The notes under the pieces are model-generated. The model made no database searches. It saw only the letters and a program-made list of their open reading frames with translations, and was not told the DNA's origin. The translations under genes were made by a program, and so were the position numbers. A stretch of 64,000 bases of DNA from Lingula anatina (lineage: Eukaryota > Animalia > Brachiopoda), in assembly GCA_051362555.1 (NCBI GenBank), contig CM120649.1, positions 496,001 to 560,000 of the forward strand. Direction: 5' to 3'. Below, piece by piece: positions 11,718-24,159 of this stretch (position 1 is its first letter; each line of letters begins with the position of its first letter).

Positions 11718-13608
11718 GTGCAGAGGAGTTTATTGTAATATATTATTCTTATTGTTACATTATTAAATCTAACTCTGTATCCAAGTAGTAACTATACTGT
11801 ACCAAGTCAGGTACTGATGATGTGCAGAGGTCATATATTCCAGAATAAGCCATTACCACTAATTTATAACTTTTATTTTTGTTTAATATATTATTCATGA
11901 AAGAGTTCACGAAAGATTATTTTAAATTGTTAAATTGTGATCTTATTCTTTTTATATTCAAATAAATGAATAATTTGGGTAAAATTGGTCTTCCACTTCT
12001 TATTTGCATTTTTCCTTTACTACAAGATAATTTTGGAACAGTTGCAGCATTAAAAATTAAAATAAAAAGCAATCTGAAAGAAGAATTTTGCATAATTACT
12101 AAATGATGATAGGAATTTTGGATTAAGAGTTAGTCAAATAGTGATATTGTCAGTCAATTTATGTAGAATCGGATAATATGATTGAAAATACTGATTGAAT
12201 TCTTGGCCTTGCACTGGGTAGTTTTACATTTGTGCCAAGTGCTTTTTTTGGACTCCATTGTACAGTGGTAAAAGTTCTTCAATTGCCATGAAAGTTTTTA
12301 ATCAGACTCTGTATGGTGCTGCCTTTTGCTGGTGCTATCGGCAACGAATTAGTTTGCCTTTGTTTCTGAGTGAACCTACCGTCTAAAATCACTATTTCTG
12401 ACAATATTTACGTTTTGCTGAGGGTAGGCTAGGCAATGCACGGCAAACCTCTTAGCACGTGTGTACAACAGAATTTTTTAAAAACCCTAGCGATATTTGG
12501 TCAGGAGTTGCTTGAAGCATAGCACAGCGTTGCTGTCTATCGGCATCAGGCCGTTAGTTTGTCAATTATCCGCCATGGGCCCACGAATTGCGACCCATTT
12601 ATTTTATTTTAACTGTTTACTTGAAACAAGATAAGGCACAATCATCATTATGGCTATTCAGTAGTATTAATTCATACAATGAAGCTTTCATATATACAAT
12701 AGATTATCCTTGATTGTCTTTGGCATTACTTCTTAATAATCAGTGAAAACATTTTAAACACATAAATGACAAGACGTATAAAGGAAAAATAAATCATAAA
12801 CCACTGTAAAATGATACAAAATTTGTGACAAAAATCAAACGATCTCTAAGACTATCCTATGTAAGAGCTAAAAAAGATAGAAAGATGCTCATTGAAATTA
12901 ACTGGAAAAAAAATGCAAAAAGCTACTTTCCGATATTTAGGAAAAGTAACAGTTTTACCGAATCATCCACATCCTTCTGTGCTGAGGGCTGTGTGTGTGT
13001 GTGTGTGTGTGCGTGTGTGTGTGTGTGGGGGGGGGGGGTCTAAATACCTTGTTAAAACAAATTTCTTATTCCTCAAAAATGTAACCATTTTCTTTTTCCC
13101 GGTCTATTAGATGTCTGTTAGTTTTCTCTCAGTCAGTGTGTAGATAAGTACAAGTCAATGCGCATGTAAGTACAAATCAATGCCTAGAAAAGTACAATGA
13201 TTAGCTGGCATGTCTTGCAGGCACTGCAACAGCTGCCATCTACCGTTTGATAAGATCAATATATTGGGTCTAAATACAAATTTCAACTGGAGACAACATG
13301 CACAAAATTGTGAAAAAAAAAAACTTCTGCGTGTTTGTCTGAGGTGATTGTGGATATTGACTTTTATTGAAATAAAAACAAGTCATTTCGGATTGCATAT
13401 GGCACGACCGTTTTGAACGGGAAACATGACTAGATTTTTAATTATTTATATATATTATCAGTTCAGTAGTCTAAAAATAATATAAATTATAAAAAAGCTG
13501 GAAAGACTAATAACTAAATTTGTTTCACTATTGTACATCTCCCACAACTATCCAGGAATCCAACCGTTTAAAATATTGAGGTAAAATTATTACAGATATA
13601 TTGTTCCT

Positions 13609-14758
13609 TTACCTTGATACCTGATCTTTACAATAACAATAGGCTCGTAAGTGTGGTAGTTTTCCAGCGACGCAGTGGGGCTGATTTCCATACTTATTAA
13701 TTCTGCTAATCTCCTTGTCATATACAGTGAAATTGCCGCTCTGAACTGTGTGATGAACAGTCGCCTCGAAATGTCCGTTCCCTGGCTTGGTAGATAAATT
13801 AATTTGGTACAATATCTCGGACATCGCCATATTATCAGAGAAGTCTGGCAGACGACCGTCACGATCGGCGCTCTCTCTGAATTGCAAGATCGCTTCATTG
13901 GCTCCGCTATAACGAACAATACGAGACACGTTTCCCAACTCAAGTTTATGGCAGACGTGACTTTGTGATTCTATAATGGAGTTTAATTTTCCGATCACAG
14001 CGCTAATGGCTTTTTGCACATTTTCATCTACTTTGTCAACCTTTTCCCAATTCAAGCACGTGCACCAATGAGCTTCAATTTGGGCATGCGCACAGGTTCT
14101 ACTTTTAGGAATTTCTTTAAAGAGACTAACGCCTCTCCGTCGTATATCTGCAACTCCAGTGCCAGTGTGATTTATCATATCTATGAATGTCTCGTGAATA
14201 TCAAAGGGGGTGGTAAGGATTTTGGAGTTTTTCTTCACATTGGCGTAGGCTTTTGGGTACCTTTCAATGAATTTCTTTGGAAAACGGAACGAGAAAAATG
14301 GCATTCGTTCTTCTAACTTTCCCTGGACAGAATCTCTTAAGAAAGAGTATCGCGCGCCATGATCTGACATCAAAATTAAAATGGTATCATCTAATATTCC
14401 GCCCTTTTCTAACCATTGCAAGAATTCCAACAAGTCATCGTCTGCTACTTGTAATTTTGACGTGTACCCATGACTGTACTTGGAATGGAATAAAAATGAA
14501 AACTTTGGTTTATCTTTATACATTAGAAACATATCTCTTCCCCAATTCATCATATTCTTATGGACTGGAATAGCTCCAAAGCAATCTGATTTTTCGTAAT
14601 AATATTCTCCTTCTAGGAAAAATGGCCGTAAATTGTGATCTGTGGGCGATTCTTTAAATCCCAGCATCCTCAATTGGAATGTATTGAGACTGGACACATC
14701 TTCTCCAAACTGAGTGACGTAACCGAGTTTTTTAAATTCTTTCCAAATCCAAGGAAAC
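13609..14758 (-). CDS. DUF229/ALP-like protein, paralog 2, coding exon 2
   Basis: Acceptor TTTCTAACAG|G. Frame is open from FPWIWKEF to YCYCKDQVSR*, with the SDHG motif. Length 1150 nt, same as in paralogs 1 and 4. Confidence 0.93.
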
Positions 14759-15064
14759 CTGTTAGAAATAAATAAGATTACTCATTCTGTGACAAAAGTT
14801 AACACGTCATTCCTCTTTGATAAAAACACGTTGTGTTTCATCAAAAACGATTTTAAACCAAAAACAAGCCTATTTGGATTATTTCTTTGAAAGAATTCGG
14901 GATGGAAATGTACATAGTGTATATAGTACCCTTAGTGCATCCCATAGGTTCCCACAAAACGTTATATACGAAAATGACCCCAAATCCTAAGGAATCTTAC
15001 AGGGCACATGTCCTATAGGGAAGTAGAATATAAAAAGATATATAGAAAAAAGAGAGGCATTTAC

Positions 15065-15900
15065 CCATCTACTTGTTTTGCATTCGGCTTTCCTCGTCTG
15101 GCTTCGGGTAGTTCCCATTCTGTATGCCCAGTTAGAATTGGCAAAAGAGCTTGCGGCGTTCCGTCCCCAACTATGTTATATCCTTCCAGGACGATACCGC
15201 CCAATTCTTTGGTGAAATAATCGTAACTTTTTCTTAAATTCCTAATCCATGTCATTCTTGATACTGAGTCAAATCCGAACATGAGAACATTAAAACCCAT
15301 TGAGGACTCCAACAGCATTGATGGTTTATATCTTGCATGAAGGTAAGGTTGAAAAGAGATGCCGGAGAGAATAGTTTCAAACTTTTTCCAAAAACGACCA
15401 TAGCATCGCACAACGGCAAAGTCTGTCTTTAAAGGATCTCCATCTTTGAAGGGCACACGTGGACCTCGTTCCACCTCAAAGTCAGTTTTGCCACGCGTTA
15501 TAGTTCTATAGGAACATTCAATGTCTGGTCCATATTTCTTCAAAGCTGACTTCGACATCCGAAATGTGCCATTTTCTATATATACCCAGTTTTCGTCTAT
15601 TTCACATTGGATCGGAGGCTGTTTTTCAAAGAACGCCATCATTTCAGGGTTATATGGGTCCAATACTGGATATACACATGCCTTGCCATCGGTTTGATCT
15701 GAGCTCTGACCAGACCCTTTTAACCAGGCATAATTTGGCAGAGATTTGACATATCTTTTCACAAGAATAGGTTCACGCCGTAAATAATAGATACTTAAGA
15801 GAATACAAATTATCGCGGTCACTGTGAATAACTTTGAAACTTTACGTTTCAGGAATGGCCTGCATAGCCGAGCCACTGTGAATAAAGAGAGACGCCTCAT
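15065..15900 (-). CDS. DUF229/ALP-like protein, paralog 2, coding exon 1 (join complement 15065..15900,13609..14758; ~661 aa)
   Basis: ORF with N-terminus identical to paralog 1 (MRRLSLFTVARLCRPFLKRKV), FDSVSR and VGDGT motifs, and donor GG|GTAAAT. Confidence 0.92.
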
Positions 15901-16786
15901 GACTTTAACCGCCAGAATCCCTTCTGTGCTATGAATTAACTGAAAATAATAAAGATTTTATTAATTCAGTCGCATTTGTTGGTAATTGTATGATTCAATA
16001 CGGAAAATGATCATGTTACCGACTCAATTTAAAATTGCTCAAAGCGTATTAAAATAGGTATATTTTGAGCACGTGTATTTCAAATCAGCAATTTCTCCGC
16101 AATACACGCCCAACGACAAGACGGACTCATTCCCAAGATTTGAAAAGGCTAAATACGTTTCGTGTTGTATTATCTTCTTCCCTCTCTTACGTATAAAGCT
16201 ATTTTATGTATTTCTGATGGTCAACGTATTCTACTGACACAAAACACGGTTTCAAAACTCGGATAAAACAATCAACATTCCTATCCTCTCCGACCGGAGA
16301 CGTTGTAACAACTTTTGACCTATTAATTATTCTTTCTATTTACAGGATTTGCAACACAATGTCAGTATAAAAATAATAACAATATAATAATAATAATAAT
16401 TATAATTATTTAACTTTGAACATTTTACTTTGAACTTAGTTCAGTATATAAACAGCAAAAGGCCTGTGACCTGGACGATGTGCATAACTGAACTGTGCGT
16501 ATCGTACAATCTATATAGGTCACGATGTTAAACAGACAAGGTTCACAGGTTGATCAGTACGGACAAGGTAGGCCCTATAACCTTAAAAACGCGTCATCAG
16601 ACAAACAACCAAAGCAAATAGGAAGATAAGCGAAGGAGGCACATTAAGGTCTGGCTGTGTGCTCTCCTCCTACCCCCTATCCCCCTCCCCTCCTAAAAAA
16701 AAGAATAACAATAATAATACCAAAAAATTAGATTAGAAATAATAACATAATAGACAAAAGGAAATTCTACATCTCATGAACAACAG

Positions 16787-16884
16787 CCCAGCTGACAAAC
16801 GACATTGATTCACCGTTGAATCAACGTTAATTTTGGTAGATCAACGTTGAATCAACGTAGAATCAATGTCGTTTACCTGCTGGG
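16787..16884. mobile_element. 98-bp palindromic MITE (CCC...GGG ends, CACTA-like)
   Basis: CCCAGC...GCTGGG with internal TCAACGTTGA repeats and CAG direct repeats on both flanks. The homologous site upstream of paralog 1 (~5600-5625) is empty. Confidence 0.75.
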
Positions 16885-18151
16885 CAGGTTTGTAAATTCA
16901 TAATTCAATATTAAAAAAATCAATCATTTTTGTAGCCAAATTCGATTTTTCGGGCCATCAGCTCAACTACTATTGTAACTGCAGTGCCGCCTACAAAGTA
17001 CCAAACAGGATGGCCAGGCATCGTTTTATTTGTGGTATGCTCGGGATTTACTTGTTATGTAGAATTGCCCCGATATCCTAACCCTCTTAATGACTGCCGA
17101 AGAGCACCCCGTTTATTTTGACATATGATTTTTGACTTGGCGGTACATACGGAGATGTTCATTGAAATACCCTGTACACATAACCATTCACAGTGATATC
17201 CGTGAATATCCAATGGTAAAATTCTTTGTTCACCTCGTTGAGGTTATATGATGCATGTACATGGGTCGATTCACAAAAGCACACGCGACATGTACGTACA
17301 CTGAGCAAAACTATTAACGCCTCGCGCAATACTCTAAAATATTAATCTGCATCATTGGCTACGAACATGTACATATATTAAATCATACAAAGTAAAGTTT
17401 GTTGTTCAGTGTGCTGCAGTTTACTGTCCGTAGCTACAGATAAGTGGTTACCCCACTGCGTTATATAAATAATTCACATGGGGGCGTTAATATTTTTGCT
17501 CAGTTTTTACACCATTGTGTATTAATTGTTGGTGACATAAGAGCATATACATATAACTGGTCGTATAAAACTCACGTTGTATTTCCCAAAACAAGATCCC
17601 AAGTTTCAGTGAAATTTTTTCGTTCTTCTCAGCCTCCAGACTCTTGCATGGTATTAAGGTCTACGTGACTACCGCGATCTACGTGAACTGGGTATCGCTA
17701 ACACCAGGTCACATGCGTTCAAAGATAAAATTGCACAACAGTGCAAGAATTTGAGAACTAAAATACAAGAATATCGCATGTATGGAACAAATGTTGTAAC
17801 GTTTTTAAAGTTTTGTAGTCATGGTAATATTGCTACCCTTATGTTTGCATTCAGAGGCTGTAAATGGCGTTCAAGTTACATAATGATCCTAATCTCAACT
17901 AAATTTCTTTTGAGCCCTATTTGTTTAATTTGCGATACCCAGCTACTTCAACCATACTGATGTAGTTGGTCATTAATAGTATAATACATTTTATGTTACT
18001 TTCCGTATAATAACTCCTTGTAATTGTACAGACTTATACATTATTTATCTTTTATTTATTTATTCATTTGATTATTTATTTATTAAACGTTATTTATTGC
18101 GGTTTAAACACGTGGTAAATATAAATTGTTTCTTCCCCATGTTTCTCCTGA

Positions 18152-18382
<231 letters not shown>

Positions 18383-18535
18383 CGATTGTCTGAGGACTGC
18401 AGGAAAATTGGAGAGAATAGAAATAACAATAGATTAAAACAATAGCAACAATAACAGTCCCAAACTTTCTAATGTTTTCAAATTTCAAATGTCATTATTA
18501 AGAATAGTCCATAAAAGTATAGGGCTCCAAATGAG

Positions 18536-18697
18536 CCTATAACAGGAATGGAAGTCCGCTAGGAACCGTAGTCCGTTCCCCATTACTTTGTACAGGTAAC
18601 ATTCGTCCCATACATTAACCCCAATACTTCAACTAACCCTAACCTGTACTAATCATATCGGAGCCCGGACTTCCATTTCTAGGACTTCCATTCCTGT
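18536..18697. mobile_element. MITE with CTAACCCTAACC motif (family C relative)
   Basis: ACAGGAATGGAAGTCC...GGACTTCCATTCCTGT inverted repeats. Confidence 0.65.
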
Positions 18698-18864
18698 GTA
18701 ACGTGACAGAGAGTCCCCTATAACAGAGAGTCCGCTTCCCATTCATTTGTACAGGTGAGCCTCGCCCTAGATTTTGACCCACTTAGGTCAGACTAACCCT
18801 AACCATTATAACTATATGGAGGGCGGACTTTCTGTTACACGGACCCTCAGTTTCGTTACAACGG
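18693..18864. mobile_element. MITE family C copy
   Basis: Highly similar to 59539-59710, sharing the stretch ACCCACTTAGGTCAGACTAACCCTAACCATTATAACTATATGGAGGGCGGACTTTCTGTTACACG. Confidence 0.8.
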
Positions 18865-19097
18865 CACGGCAGTGTGATTTATTTCCATATGTATATTGTA
18901 CGTGATATTATATTCTAGTAACTCTGTATGATTAGTTTTCTTAGTTGTCTTAGTTCATGTGATAAGCTGTGCGTGAAGCAAACCGGAGCTTCGCATTGGT
19001 CAATGCATTGAAAAGTGTTCACGGTAATTTCCTATATTTGTAAGTTGCGCAGTTTCATCACAGGTGCCCCGAGAAAAACCGGTACAGGGCCTATTAG

Positions 19098-19535
19098 CTA
19101 TGTTTTCATGACTATATGGTTGTGAATGCTGGAATATCTCCAACAACACTAAGAAGAAACTGGAAGCTATGGAAATGATTATGTGGTACCTACGAAGATT
19201 GTTGAGAATATCTTGGGCAGAAGGAAAGACCAATAAAGAAGTGTTCCAATTTGCAGGAGTTCAACGCTCACTGATGAAAACAATCAGAAAAAGACAAAAG
19301 AAATCTCTAGGCAATACCATCAGAAAAGACGGAATAGAAAAACTTGAACTCTGTAGGAAAAATTGAAGGAAGAAGAAGTAGAGGAAGACAAAGACCAACA
19401 TACACTGACAGCTTTAATGCCTTTGTAACAAATCAACTGTACAATAACCTCCAATTGACTGTAAATAAAAAAGAGTGTACTGGAGGGCCACGATCCTTAC
19501 TGCCCGCAACAGGCCTGACACTTGACGAAGAAAAA
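19098..19535 (+). mobile_element. 5'-truncated RTE-clade LINE (ORF2 C-terminus, frameshifted)
   Basis: LYGCECW...KKKLEAMEM..YLRRLLRISW....TNKEV......SLMKTIRKRQ...LG...R...GKIEGRRSRGRQR is the characteristic RTE ORF2 C-terminus. Confidence 0.88.
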
Positions 19536-19645
19536 TGTAATGTTTATTAGATTTTTACACACGTGTGATTTAGTTATTGTATTTATACCATCTCAGCTAC
19601 ACTTCTTTACTATACTTTACTTTCATAAATGGTAAGCCAATTTAA

Positions 19646-19750
19646 GAGAGCGTTCCCATAAACCCATGGAATTAGCTGGACGGATCTAACTCTGCGGGGC
19701 TTCTCGCTACAGTGCTTTCAGTGTAATCAGCTTAATTGTCTGGCACTCCC
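19646..19750. mobile_element. MITE family A, partial copy
   Basis: One arm only (GTTCCCATA...GATCTAACTC...TTCTCGCTA...TTAATTGTCTGGCAC). Confidence 0.55.
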
Positions 19751-20541
19751 CATCGAGTAACGGATGGGTTAGATGGGGGTGGGGGGGGGGGGGCAATTGC
19801 CTATCGTTTATTACCCTCCCAGCACCTTGAATTATGGAGAATATCAGATTACTCAAAGTGAGACAAAACCTTTGGGGTGGTTAGTAATGGAGACACAACA
19901 GCAATGCATTTTGTATAACATTCACCGGTTGAATTTCCGTAGGGCTAAAAAAAAAAAAAAAAAAAAAAAAAAACAATAGTGTTTGTTTAGTGGAAACTTT
20001 CTGTATTTGAACCAGGTCAGTGCACGACATTTATTTATTATTTTTTGTAACTTCTGATATTCAGTGAACATACATTATAGCAGCAAAAATTTCTATTTTT
20101 TTCAATTCAACTTGTTAATTTTAATTATTTTAAATAATATTTTTAGGGTGGTGTTAAACCACATTGCGGGTGATTTCGCAGCAGAAACATTTTTCCTGGG
20201 CCCCATATAAATTTCATTCAACACCAAATGCATTTATTCCAATTTGGAAAATAAAACTTTCTCGGAAATCTGATTTACTCAAAATAAGAACCGACCTCGC
20301 TCTTTAAGCAACTTAACAATTTTACCAGACCTTACTGGTTAATTAGAGACACAAATGTTACAGCCAGTAGAATTCTAATAAAACGTACTATAAACAGCGA
20401 AACTGTTATTCAATTCAATAGGATACAACAACTTACATAATCTTATTAGATGGATTGCGTGCAATATTGAGTAGATCTGGGACTGTTGGATTGCGTTAGA
20501 GATGGAAACAGTGCAACTATCACAATATGTTCCAATATCAG

Positions 20542-20834
20542 AAGGTCGCATTCAGAACAAATAATCCACAAACTTACTTGTCCGCGAACTAAATATGGCC
20601 GACCCCACTTTAAAGGAAGGCCCACAATCCCTTGATGGTCTAACCGCCTCCACACGCGCCATTAAGCGGGTTAAATCTTGGCTCCAAGATTTAATTGCTA
20701 GACCCGCGCGGACGGCGAGTGTGGAGGCGGGGAAAACCATCAGGGTATTATAAGCGGCTACTTTTTAACTTGGTCAGCCATATTTGATCTGCAGATCTGT
20801 AAGTTCAAGGATCGTCTGTTCCGATGGTAACCTT
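20542..20834. mobile_element. MITE family B, long palindromic copy
   Basis: CATTCAGAAC...AAATATGGCCGACC...CCGCCTCCACAC mirrored by GTGTGGAGGCGG...GGTCAGCCATATTT...GTTCCGATG. Confidence 0.75.
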
Positions 20835-21099
20835 TGTAATACAAATTCTTAGGCATTCATTGCTAGGAATGGAAGTCGTAGGGAATACATTAACAGGGTT
20901 CGATGCCCGTAGGACGTAAATTCTAAAAGGTCTAGTAACGCACATATTTTACACGTAAACATGACTTATGAATACTTAGATTTACAGGCACACTAAGCTT
21001 TTTACTTGTATTTTAATGTTTTGTGATGTTATAGTTTTTCCGATATCTAGTATACATATAAATTAATTTTTATTCATACTTTTTGCATCACTCGTACTG

Positions 21100-21100
<1 letters not shown>

Positions 21101-21133
<33 letters not shown>

Positions 21134-21160
21134 GAAGAAGAAGAAGAAGAAGAAGAAGAA
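21101..21160. repeat. Compound (TAA)n(GAA)n microsatellite
   Basis: Read directly. Confidence 0.95.
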
Positions 21161-21787
21161 TACATTCTAGGCTATTAAGATCTACATATTAAGATCTACA
21201 TATTATACAGTTGTCCAATATATGAACTGGATCTTAATATTTAGAATTATTATTTATAATAATAGACATTACAAAATGGAAGATGCGGCACCGTTTCTTT
21301 TCTTAAAAGCGAGATTAAGGTATTTTGCCAAAGATATTATCACTGTCTCGATTTGTCGTTGTTGTTTAAATATGTGAAGCAACAGTTTCCCCTTTGGACA
21401 ACTTGGAATGAGTTCATTTTTGTGTGCGGTGTATGGGGGGTGGGGGGTTATTAAAATGCTCTTTATTCCTCTATAACTCTAGAGGAGCAATTTCGGATTT
21501 TTTTCAGCTGGTGTTGGTTTACCCTTGACATGACAACTTGTTTCAGTGTCCACATTATCACTGTTGATTCCAAGTGTGGTTCAGATTTGATTTTTTTTTT
21601 TAATTTTAAATTGTGTTAATGTATTTTTCCCTCTCCAAATTAAGTTTTGTATTGTACATTTTCAACTTAATATTATTGTATTTATGAAGTAGCAACAACG
21701 AACATAGCTTTAATTTACATTTTGTTTTATTTTTTACTTTACATTTACACAGCCGTGAAATGAGGGAAACGTCACAGTTTGATACTT

Positions 21788-22949
21788 TTATGTCGATAAC
21801 TGCTCTTTACAATAGCAATAGGCTCGTAAGTGCGGCAGTTTTCCAGCGACGCAGTAGGGCTGGTTTCCATACTTATTCAGTCTGCTTATCTCCTTGTCAT
21901 ATACAATAAAATTGCCACTCTGAACTGCGTGATGAACAGTTGCTTCGAAATGCCCGTTCCCTGGCTTGGTAGATAAATTAATTTGGTACAATATCTCGGA
22001 CATCGCAATATTATCCGATAAGTCTGGCAGCCGTCCGTCATTATCAGCGCTCTGCTTGAATTTCAAGAGCGTTTCACTTGGCCCGCTATAACGAACAATT
22101 TGAGATACATTTCCCAACTCAAGTTCATGACAGAGGTGGCTTTGTGGCTCTATAATGGAATTTAATTTTCTTATTACAGAGCCAATGGCTTTTTTCACAT
22201 TTTCATCTACTTTTTTCACATTTTCATCTACCTTTTCCCAATTCAAGCACGTGCACCAATGAGCTTCAATTTGGGCATGCGCACAGGTTCTACTTTTAGG
22301 AATTTCTTTAAAGAGACTAACGCCTCTCCGTCGTATATCTGCAACTCCAGTGCCAGTGTGATTTATCATATCTATAAATGTCTCGTGAATATCAAAGGGG
22401 GTTGTGAGGACTTTGGAGTTTTTCTTCACATTGGCGTAGGCTTTTGGGTACTTTTCAATGAATTTCTTTGGGAAACGGAACGAGAAAAATGGCATGCGTT
22501 CTTCTAGCTTTCCCTGAACTGTGTCTCTTACAGAAGTAAATCGTGCGCCATGATCTGCCATCAAAATCAAGATGGTATCATCTAAAAACCTGCCTTTTTC
22601 TAACCATTGCAAGAATTCCAACAAGTCATCGTCTGCTACTTGTAATTTTGACGTGTACCCATGACTGTACTTGGAATGGAATAAAAATGAAAACTTTGGT
22701 TTATCTTTATACATTAGAAACATGTCTTTTCCCCAATTTATTATTTGCACATGAGAAGGGATAGCACCAAAGCAATTTGATTTTTCGTAATTATTTTCTC
22801 CTTCTAGGAAAAATGGCCTTAAGTTGTGATCGGTTGGTGTTTCATTAAATCCTAGCATCCTATATTGGAATGTACCGACTCCTGACAAATCTTCTCCCCA
22901 CTGAGTGACGTAACCGAGTTTCTTAAATTCATTCCAAATCCAAGGAAAC
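21788..22949 (-). CDS. DUF229/ALP-like protein, paralog 3, coding exon 2
   Basis: Acceptor TTTCCAACAG|G. Open frame to YCYCKEQLST* with ADHG motif. 12 nt longer than the other paralogs because of a local tandem duplication. Confidence 0.93.
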
Positions 22950-23276
22950 CTGTTGGAAATAAATGAAAACAGTCATTCAGTAACATAACGTAAAATATCA
23001 TTCTTTGTTGGCATAAAAAACGTGTTGTGTGGTCCGATCTACCGGTGAATTCAGGATCATTCGGTGCCGAGTCTGGTAGTTGGGTAGGCCTGCAAGCGCA
23101 GTTTCAGTTTTTCTGATCATCTTGTGCTGTGTTCTCCGCTCTGCATAAGGTGGCCTTTCCAAGATTTCTTTATACGAAGCTTTCGGCTAGGTGACTCATT
23201 TGAGAGCTACGTATGCGAGATGGTAAGAACGATACAAAATTTGAAGAAACAATAAATAATTGAGGACCAGGAATAC

Positions 23277-23316
<40 letters not shown>

Positions 23317-23317
23317 C

Positions 23318-24159
23318 CCATCAACTTGTTTAGCATTCGGCTTTCCTCGTCTAGCCTCGGGTAGTTCCGCTTCAGTTAACCCAGTTAGAATTGGCAAAAG
23401 AGCTTGCGGCGTTCCGTCACCAACTATGTTATATCCTTCCAGAACGATGCCGCCTAATTCTTTGGTGAAATAATTGTAACTTTTCTTTAAATTCCTAATC
23501 CATGTCATTCTTGATACGGAGTCAAATCCAAACATGAGAACATTAAAACCCATTGAGGAATCCAACAGCATTGATGGTTTATATCTTGCATGAAGGTAAG
23601 GCTGATACGAGATGCCGGAGAGAATAGTTTCAAACTTTTTCCAAAGAAGGCCATAGCATTGTACAATCGCAAAATCAGTTTTTAAAGGGTCTCCGTCTTT
23701 AAAGGGCACACGTGGGCCTTGTTCTACCTCAAAGTCAGTTTTGCCAAGCGTTATAGTTCTATAGGAACATTCGATGTCTGGTCCGTATTTCCTCATGGCT
23801 GACTCCGAAATGCGAAATGTGGCATTTTCTATATATACCCAGTTTTCGTCTATTTCACATTGGATCGGAGACTGTTTTTCAAAGAACGCCATCATCTCGG
23901 GGCTGTATGGGTCCAATATTGGATATACACATGCCTTGTCATCGGTTTGATTTGAGCTCTGACCAGACCTTATTAACCAGGCATAATTTGGCAGAGATTT
24001 GACATATCTTTTCGCCTGGATAGGTTCAATCCGTGCATGTAAGAGATAGATGCTTAAGGGAATACAAATCATCACAGTCACTGTGAAGAACTTCAGAACA
24101 GTACGGTTCAGGAATGGCCTGCATGCCCGAGCCACTGTGCTTAAACAGGGGCGCACCAT
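23318..24159 (-). CDS. DUF229/ALP-like protein, paralog 3, coding exon 1 (join complement 23318..24159,21788..22949; ~667 aa)
   Basis: ATG in context AATCATGG, membrane anchor, FDSVSR and VGDGT motifs, donor GG|GTAAAT. Confidence 0.92.

Noticed and set aside
12523-12529. RSS-like heptamer CACAGCG near the transposase relic
   Set aside because: Wrong orientation for a right-hand terminus, and no matching inverted partner found.
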